Of a stretch of DNA of 64,000 bases, positions 58,105 through 64,000 are shown in pieces. This DNA is from an uncultured Clostridia bacterium (lineage in GTDB: Bacteria; Bacillota; Clostridia; Christensenellales; UBA1242), in assembly GCA_944384395.1 (NCBI GenBank), contig CALWTD010000007.1, forward strand, positions 3,919 through 67,918, given 5' to 3'. The position numbers and the translations under genes are program-made. The notes under the pieces were generated by a model, which searched no databases, was not told where the DNA came from, and saw only the letters and a list, made by a program, of their open reading frames with translations. Numbering within the stretch: the stretch's first letter is position 1; every line of letters begins with the position of its first letter.

Positions 58105-58632
58105 ATGAGACATGGAAGAACTGTTTGGAATGAAAAGCATATTTGGCAAGGATGATCACAAAACAGATTAAGTAAAACTGGCAAAATATAGGTTGAAGAG
58201 CAAGCTAGTAAATTTAAGAATAAAAAAATAGATATTATATTTACATCTCCACTTATGAGAACTATGCAAACAACAAATATTATGAATAAATATCATAATG
58301 CAAAAATTATTCGTGATTCTAGAATTATAGAAGTTGATGAAGGAATTTATACTAAACAAAAAAAAGATAAACTTGATGATGAGCAACAATATACTAAGAA
58401 ACATTTAAAAAAAGATGGTGGGGTGGAAACATATAAAGAAGTTTATGAGAGAACTATTGATTTTTTAAATTATTTAAGAAATAATTATAAAGATCAAAAA
58501 ATTTTGGTTGTAACGCACGGCATGATTGCAAGCTACATAGAAAAGATTGGTGAAAGGTTAAGCCTAGAACAACATGAATTAAAAAACTATGCAACATTTA
58601 ACAATGCTGAAATCAAAAAAATAAATATTTAG
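58105..58632 (+). pseudogene. Histidine phosphatase (phosphoglycerate-mutase superfamily) with two in-frame stops
   Basis: MRHGRTVWNEKHIWQG[TGA]SQNRLSKTGKI[TAG]VEEQASKFKNKKIDIIFTSPLMRTMQT.. The RHG.T.WN catalytic motif is intact. The stops are at 58153-58155 and 58189-58191. Confidence 0.75.
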
Positions 58633-58769
58633 TATTTTAAAAACATTTAAAAAGCAAATAATTGCTTCAAAAAATGTTTGGAATATTTAAAAAACGTCAA
58701 TATTGGCGTTTTTTTGTTAAATTCGTGATATTTATAATATATTTTAAATCGGAAACGATTTTATTTTTT

Positions 58770-58798
58770 TAATAAAAAGAATTGCCAACGGCAATTCT
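58770..58798 (-). terminator. Hairpin with downstream T-run on the minus strand
   Basis: 9-bp stem AGAATTGCC/GGCAATTCT with loop AAC. The minus strand continues TTTTATTAAAAAAA. Confidence 0.4.
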
Positions 58799-58992
58799 GC
58801 ATTTTGTGTTGGATTGAGTGGACTTTGGTTCACCGACCCATCTATCAAGTAAAAAAATATTAAACATTTGTTGAAATCCATTGGTAAAAGTGAAATATAC
58901 CCCAAAAGTTAGACAACTTAAGGAGGTCCACTTCGGAATCGATGGGTTTTTCTATGCTCTCTTTGTGGAAATAAAAAACATAGGAGAGAAAA

Positions 58993-59280
58993 ATGAAGAA
59001 ATTAAAAGAGATTTAGAATAAAGAAAAACATTTATGGTTTTATGTAAAACCACAAGATTTTAAAAAATTTTTATTGTTTGCAAAACAAAATGGTTGTAAG
59101 TGGATTGGTGGAGGAGAAATCAGTCCAGACAATGATGAATGTGGTCATTTTATGGGTATTAACACAGATTTACAGATGGGTTATGTGCCTGCAATGTGTT
59201 GGTTCTATGCAAAAGATAAAATTAGAAAAGTTGAGTTTAATAGCAGTGAGAATTTCCAAGTGTTTATTAAAAAACTATGA
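58993..59280 (+). pseudogene. Small hypothetical protein with an in-frame TAG at codon 8
   Basis: AGGAGAG RBS then ATG: MKKLKEI[TAG]NKEKHLWFYVKPQDFKKFLLFAKQNGCKWIGGGEISPDNDECGHFMG.. The track ORF 59074..59280 is the tail read from a TTG. Confidence 0.45.
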
Positions 59281-59480
59281 CAAATCAAATTTACTAATAT
59301 TTTAAACATCAAACTTAATGGTAAAATATAATTTTTCGTAATTATATGAAATAAGTTTTAATAAACAATAAATTTTGTTTTAAAATGACTGTAACAAAAA
59401 AAACAAAACGGATAACAATTTGCTTATATTAATTTTGAAAATTTATAATTCTGTGATATTTTTTATAAGAGGAGAAAAAT

Positions 59481-59984
59481 ATGGAGTATATTGATTTATA
59501 TGATGAAAATAAAATGCTAACAGGAGAAAAAATAGTTAGGGGTGATCCAATCCCGCCAGGAAAATATAAATTGTCTATTCACATATGGATAATGAATGAT
59601 AAAGGAGAAATTTATATTCAAAAAAGAGCAAGCTCAAGAAAATTGTTTCCAGATAAGTGGGAAAATCCTGGGGGTGGTGCAGTATCAGGGCAAGATAGTA
59701 AACAAACATATGTCAGAGAATTTGAAGAAGAGCTGGGAATAACTCCCAACATGGGACATTCTAAATTGATTTTAACGATTAAAAGAGAAAAAGATTTTGT
59801 AGATATGTGGTTTGTAAAACAAAATTTTGATATATCTTCGTTAAATTTACAAAAAGAAGAGGTTTCGTCAGCCAAATGGGTAACGTTTGAGGAATTGAAT
59901 GATATGTTAAAAAACAACGAATTTTGTCCTACATTTAATCAAAGCTTGGATCCTTTTTTGGATTATTTACAAAAACAAAAATGA
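59481..59984 (+). CDS. NUDIX hydrolase
   Basis: Nudix box GGGAVSGQDSKQTYVREFEEELGI. The TGA stop overlaps the neuC ATG (ATGA). Confidence 0.85.
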   Translation: MEYIDLYDENKMLTGEKIVRGDPIPPGKYKLSIHIWIMNDKGEIYIQKRASSRKLFPDKWENPGGGAVSGQDSKQTYVREFEEELGITPNMGHSKLILTIKREKDFVDMWFVKQNFDISSLNLQKEEVSSAKWVTFEELNDMLKNNEFCPTFNQSLDPFLDYLQKQK

Positions 59985-61096
59985 AAAACTTATTATTTAT
60001 ATCTGGTTCAAGAGCAGATTACAATAAGATATCCATTCTTATTAAATTTTTAGCAAAATCAAACCATATAACAGTTTTGCTTGTTGATTTACATAATGAT
60101 AAACAATATGGATACACTGGTGATCTCGTACATGATGACTTAAAGAATTATGTCAATATTGAGGTTAAAGACATAGGTGATAATGATACGACAAAAACGA
60201 TTAGTTATTTTAGTTGGCTTCTTAATAAGTTAGATACTTTTATGAAAAAAAATCATTTTCATATGACATTTATTCATGGTGACAGGTTGTCGGCTTTGGC
60301 TGGAGCTATGGTTTCTAATTATAATAATACGCCTGTATGTCAAATAGAAGCTGGTGATGTTAGTGGAAATGTTGATGAAAGTATAAGGCATGCAATTACA
60401 AAATTTTCACATAGATTTTTAGTTACCGATAAAATTTGTAAAAAAAGAGTGTTGCAAATGGGAGAAGAAGAAAAGTCAATTTATATAATTGGACAAACTA
60501 GTGTTTTTTCAAATGGTGTCAAATTTGTAAATTCAGATTTAAAAAAGGAATTAGGGAAAAATTATTGTATATTTATTTATCATCCACTCTTTTCAGTAAC
60601 GAGTGAAGAAAACTTAAAAAATTTTAAATATATATTGAATATTTTAAATTTATATGAAGGGAAGACGCTACTAATTCAATGCAACAATGATCCTAATGGG
60701 GATTTGATTATAAACGAGTATAAAAATCTTAACAAATACAAAAAAATCATTTTTAGAAAAAATGTACCACCTGAAAAATTTTATTCGTTGTTAAAAAATG
60801 CAAAATTTATAATTGGAAATAGTTCATGTGGGATATGCGAAGCTCCATATCTCGGTGTTCCAACCATAAATGTTGGAGATCGACAGCATGGTAGAAATGA
60901 TGGCAAAAATATAAAGTCAATTTTTCATGTTGACGAATGTTCGAAAAATTTAGGTGAAATAATTAAATATGCAGTTTCTCACAATTTCGATAAAGGCAAA
61001 ACATTTACGATTTCTGAATTCAAAAAAAATTTAAAAATAATATTTGATGATAAATTCTTTGATGTTGACTTAAATAAAAAATTTATTATGAGGTAA
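59981..61096 (+). CDS. neuC: UDP-N-acetylglucosamine 2-epimerase (hydrolysing), NeuC-like
   Basis: GSRADYNK..IHGDRLSALAGAMV..QIEAGDVSGNVDESIRHAITKFSHRFLV..GNSSCGICEAPYLGVPTINVGDRQ.GR motifs. Confidence 0.8.
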   Translation: MKNLLFISGSRADYNKISILIKFLAKSNHITVLLVDLHNDKQYGYTGDLVHDDLKNYVNIEVKDIGDNDTTKTISYFSWLLNKLDTFMKKNHFHMTFIHGDRLSALAGAMVSNYNNTPVCQIEAGDVSGNVDESIRHAITKFSHRFLVTDKICKKRVLQMGEEEKSIYIIGQTSVFSNGVKFVNSDLKKELGKNYCIFIYHPLFSVTSEENLKNFKYILNILNLYEGKTLLIQCNNDPNGDLIINEYKNLNKYKKIIFRKNVPPEKFYSLLKNAKFIIGNSSCGICEAPYLGVPTINVGDRQHGRNDGKNIKSIFHVDECSKNLGEIIKYAVSHNFDKGKTFTISEFKKNLKIIFDDKFFDVDLNKKFIMR

Positions 61097-61100
61097 TTTA

Positions 61101-62138
61101 TTGAAAAGCATAAATATTGGTGGAAGAAAAGTTGGCGAAAATTATGTTCCATTAGTAATTGCCGAAATAGGAATAAATCATGGTGGCAATTTGTCGGTTG
61201 CAAAACTAATGGTTGATGCCGCAAAAAGAGCAGGAATAGAAGTTGTCAAGCATCAAACTCACATTGTTGATAGTGAGATGAGTGAAAACGCAAAAAAAGT
61301 AATACCTGGCAATTCAAAAGATTCGATTTATGATATTATGCGGCGATGTCAGTTGGATGAAGATGAGGAAAAAGAACTTAAAAGATATGTGGAAAGTAAG
61401 GGGATGGTGTTCTTGTCTACGCCTTTTTCTTTTGATGCTGTTGATAGGTTAGAAAGATTAAATGTTTGTGCTTATAAAATAGGTTCAGGCGAAATGAATA
61501 ATTATAGATTAGTTGAATACATTGCATCTAAGAACAAACCAATAATTTTATCTACAGGCATGAATAATTTATCAAATATAAAAAAAGCTGTTAACGCTAT
61601 CAAAAAATATCATAATAATTACATACTATTACATACAACAAATTTATACCCAACACCGCCTAAATTTGTACGGCTTAATGCTTTAAATGAAATTAAAGAA
61701 ATGTTTCCTAACACACTTTTTGGGTTATCCGATCATACAACAACAAATACGGCCTGTATTTGCGCGCTAGCAATGGGAGCATGTGTTGTAGAAAGACATT
61801 TTACAGATTCTATGAGTAGAAAAGGAGAAGATATTGCTTGTTCAATGGATGAACAAGCTGCAAAGGAATTAGTGCAAGCTTGTAAAGACTATTTCTTAAT
61901 GAAAGGTGGACATAAAGAGTATTTAAAGGAAGAACAAGTAACTATTGATTTTGCTTTTAATAGCATTGTAGCCAACAAAAAATTAAAAGTGGGAGACATA
62001 ATTACTTACGAGAACACAACGACGAAAAGACCTGGAAATGTTGGTGTACCAGCATATGATTATGATAAAGTATTAGGGAAAAAACTTGTTGTTGAAAAAT
62101 TAAAAGGTCAACATATAGATTATAAGGATTTAAAATAA
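61101..62138 (+). CDS. neuB: N-acetylneuraminate (sialic acid) synthase, NeuB-like
   Basis: TTG start after GAGG. PLVIAEIGINHGG..AKRAGIEVVKHQTH..YKIGSGEMNN..LSDHT.. and a C-terminal SAF-like domain. Confidence 0.85.
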   Translation: MKSINIGGRKVGENYVPLVIAEIGINHGGNLSVAKLMVDAAKRAGIEVVKHQTHIVDSEMSENAKKVIPGNSKDSIYDIMRRCQLDEDEEKELKRYVESKGMVFLSTPFSFDAVDRLERLNVCAYKIGSGEMNNYRLVEYIASKNKPIILSTGMNNLSNIKKAVNAIKKYHNNYILLHTTNLYPTPPKFVRLNALNEIKEMFPNTLFGLSDHTTTNTACICALAMGACVVERHFTDSMSRKGEDIACSMDEQAAKELVQACKDYFLMKGGHKEYLKEEQVTIDFAFNSIVANKKLKVGDIITYENTTTKRPGNVGVPAYDYDKVLGKKLVVEKLKGQHIDYKDLK

Positions 62139-62662
62139 TGGAAAAGTTGTGTGAATTAAGTCAAATAAAAAATATAAAAATTTTGATGCCCACATATTTT
62201 ATTTATAAACAATCAATGGGTGATAATATGAATGATTGTGAAATTTTAATTAGATTTTTAGCGTTAGACGAGTATTTTAAAAAAAATAATTTTGGCTTTA
62301 GAATTTATGATCAAATTCAAAAATATAGAGTTAAACAAAAAAAAGAAATCCCTAACAAACAATATGACAATGTAAACAATTTCAAAAGACTAATTAAAAG
62401 TATTCAAAAAAATGGTTATATTGATTTATATCCAATTGTTTTAAACAAAAATTATGCAGTTGTTGATGGTGCACATCGACTGTCGGTAGCCTTATATTTA
62501 GGAATAAAAGAAGTGCCAGTTATTTTTCCAGAAAATGCATACGACTTTAATTTTGATTACTCTATTAATTGGTTGAAGGCGAATGGGTTTGGGCAATATA
62601 TAGATTTACTTCTTGAACAGCATAATAGAATTAAAACAATGTATGAGGATTCAAATGTTTAA
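62138..62662 (+). CDS. ParB/Srx-fold (ParB-like N-terminal domain) protein embedded in the neu operon
   Basis: ..KRLIKSIQKNGYIDLYPIVLNKNYAVVDGAHRLSVALYLGIKEVPVIF matches the ParBc pattern (..v.DG.HRl.Aa..lG...ipv). It overlaps neuB (TAATG) and neuA (8 nt). Confidence 0.6.
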   Translation: MEKLCELSQIKNIKILMPTYFIYKQSMGDNMNDCEILIRFLALDEYFKKNNFGFRIYDQIQKYRVKQKKEIPNKQYDNVNNFKRLIKSIQKNGYIDLYPIVLNKNYAVVDGAHRLSVALYLGIKEVPVIFPENAYDFNFDYSINWLKANGFGQYIDLLLEQHNRIKTMYEDSNV

Positions 62663-63365
62663 AAACAAAAAAATATTGGCGTTTATACCAGCTAGAATAG
62701 GAAGCGAAAGAGTTAAAAATAAAAATTTGAGAAAACTTCAAAAGAAGCCTTTATTCTCTTATAGCATAAATGTTGCAAAACAGTCTAAATATATTGATGC
62801 TATCATTGTAAGCTCCGATTCGGTTGATATTATTAAATATGCTCACGAAAACGGTTGCATAAAAAATGAATTAAGGCCAAAAGCTTTATCTTCTTCAAAA
62901 TCTAGGATTGTAGATTCGGTTTTGTATGAAATTAAAAAAAATAACCTTAATTTTGACATTTTGGTTTTATTGCAACCCACTTTTCCTTTTCGCAATTCCG
63001 ACATGCTGGATTCCGCCATAGAACTATTTTTTGAACATGGACAAACTTCACTAATAACGGTCACACCAATTAATGTAAATCCTGTGTTTTGTAGAACAAT
63101 AGAAAATGGAAAGCTTAAAAAAGTGTTGAGCGAATCAAGCGACTTAAGATCTCAAGATTTTAGAACTTATTATAGAATTGTTGGAAATATTTACATTAAT
63201 AATATTAAAAATTTAACAACAAAAACAGTGTTTAATGAGAATGAGATTCCTTATATAATAGACGGCGATGCCTGTATTGATATTGATTATGAAAAAGATT
63301 TAAGACTTGCCAGAAGGAGAATGAAAAATGCCAATAATAATGTTTCATTACGTAAAAAGAAATAG
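62655..63365 (+). CDS. neuA: N-acylneuraminate cytidylyltransferase (CMP-sialic acid synthetase)
   Basis: The ATG at 62655 follows GAGGA. KKILAFIPARIGSERVKNKNLRKL..SSD..LLQPTFPFR.. motifs of the CMP-NeuAc/KDO synthetase family. Confidence 0.85.
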   Translation: MFKNKKILAFIPARIGSERVKNKNLRKLQKKPLFSYSINVAKQSKYIDAIIVSSDSVDIIKYAHENGCIKNELRPKALSSSKSRIVDSVLYEIKKNNLNFDILVLLQPTFPFRNSDMLDSAIELFFEHGQTSLITVTPINVNPVFCRTIENGKLKKVLSESSDLRSQDFRTYYRIVGNIYINNIKNLTTKTVFNENEIPYIIDGDACIDIDYEKDLRLARRRMKNANNNVSLRKKK

Positions 63366-64000
63366 TAATTATTATCACTTTAATGTGATGGCATTTGAAA
63401 ATTTTGTTAAAAAAAATGTATCAAATATAGTCTCTCTTAGAAGTTATTTAAAGGGTGATAATAAAAACAAATTTGTCCTTTCTTTTGATGATGGGACAAT
63501 CGATCATTACAATAATGTTTTTCCAATTTTAAAAAAATACAATGTATCCGGAGTATTTTCGGTATGCGATAATGTTTTCAATAAGAAAATATTAATAATT
63601 CAAAAAATACATTATCTTATTGAAAATAAGGGTGTAAATTTTGTTTATGAAAAATTATGTACATACTTGCCTAAAAAAAATTTTGATAAATATAAAGGGC
63701 TTTTTAATGATAAAGAAAAATTTATTAAAAGAATATTGCAACAGATATTAACTCCCAGACAATCCACTAAAATACTTAATAAAATTGCGTTTTTATGTAA
63801 AATAGATTTTACTGAATTAAAACTATACATCGATAAAGAAAAAATATTTGAGATGCAACATTATGGTAATGAATTTTTGTATCATACAAAAAACCACTTG
63901 TTTTTAAATCAATTATCTTATAAAAAACAACTAAGAGAAATAAGAAAAATAAAGTATTATAAAAAAAAATATAATTTTTTAAACATAATCTCGTTACCAT
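63328..64000 (+). CDS. Polysaccharide deacetylase (NodB-like) family protein, 3' end beyond the window
   Basis: Own translation gives MPIIMFHYV..FVLSFDDGTIDHYNNVFPILKKYNVSGVFSV.. The ATG follows AGGAGA and overlaps the neuA 3' end by 38 nt. There is no stop before 64000, so it is absent from the ORF track. Confidence 0.7.
   Translation, partial: MPIIMFHYVKRNSNYYHFNVMAFENFVKKNVSNIVSLRSYLKGDNKNKFVLSFDDGTIDHYNNVFPILKKYNVSGVFSVCDNVFNKKILIIQKIHYLIENKGVNFVYEKLCTYLPKKNFDKYKGLFNDKEKFIKRILQQILTPRQSTKILNKIAFLCKIDFTELKLYIDKEKIFEMQHYGNEFLYHTKNHLFLNQLSYKKQLREIRKIKYYKKKYNFLNIISLP

Noticed and set aside
58153-58155. Genome-wide genetic code 4 (TGA=Trp), as in Mollicutes, suggested by TGA at a conserved Trp position
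   Set aside because: TGA cleanly terminates 14439..15518 and the NUDIX gene (59982-59984). Very long conserved ORFs (dnaE, gyrA, ftsH, valS) are uninterrupted under the standard code with Trp as TGG. The only Trp tRNA seen has anticodon CCA. Any recoding would have to be local, not genomic.
59074-59305. Two overlapping plus-strand ORFs (59074..59280 and 59078..59305) as a possible overlapping-gene pair
   Set aside because: Only the 59074 frame connects upstream to an RBS/ATG (58993) and gives a globular-looking sequence. The +1 frame has no start context.

Overview
AT-rich (roughly 70% A+T by eye) chromosomal segment of a low-GC Bacillota-type bacterium. It uses the standard code: TGG is Trp, a tRNA-Trp(CCA) is present, and TAA, TAG and TGA all terminate conserved genes. 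The content is mostly housekeeping. It includes rpmG-secE-nusG-rplK-rplA, a separate rplJ-rplL with a structured leader, murB, whiA, dnaE, pfkA, ftsH, queH, lepB and recF. It also includes an archaeal-type valS, gyrB-gyrA, tilS, glyQS, aspS and two tRNAs. Accessory content is as follows. There is a translationally coupled NUDIX-neuC-neuB-(ParB/Srx-like)-neuA-deacetylase sialic-acid operon at the right edge. An SPFH/zinc-ribbon (YdjI/YdjG-like) membrane module is present. Two Spo0A-C-like pseudo-receiver regulators bracket a surface protein. Three orphan XRE regulators, several lipoproteins and surface proteins, and tandem YugP peptidases are also present. No transposase, integrase, CRISPR array, reverse transcriptase or recognisable defence gene was seen, so I cannot point to a clear-cut novel multi-gene system. 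The most unusual items are these. (1) A stand-alone tRNA-Leu whose hand fold gives anticodon AAG. (2) A 400-nt ORF-free hairpin-dense region next to it that carries an inverted copy of the tRNA anticodon arm. (3) The Spo0A-C-like pair with a duplicated promoter/operator. (4) The ParB/Srx-fold gene embedded in the neu operon. (5) A 3-kb patch of gene decay at 56.2-59.3 kb, with nonsense codons sitting exactly at conserved Trp and Gln positions. All calls come from reading the sequence and ORF translations by eye, with no searches run. Family assignments rest on remembered motifs, and coordinates of small elements are within a few nt.
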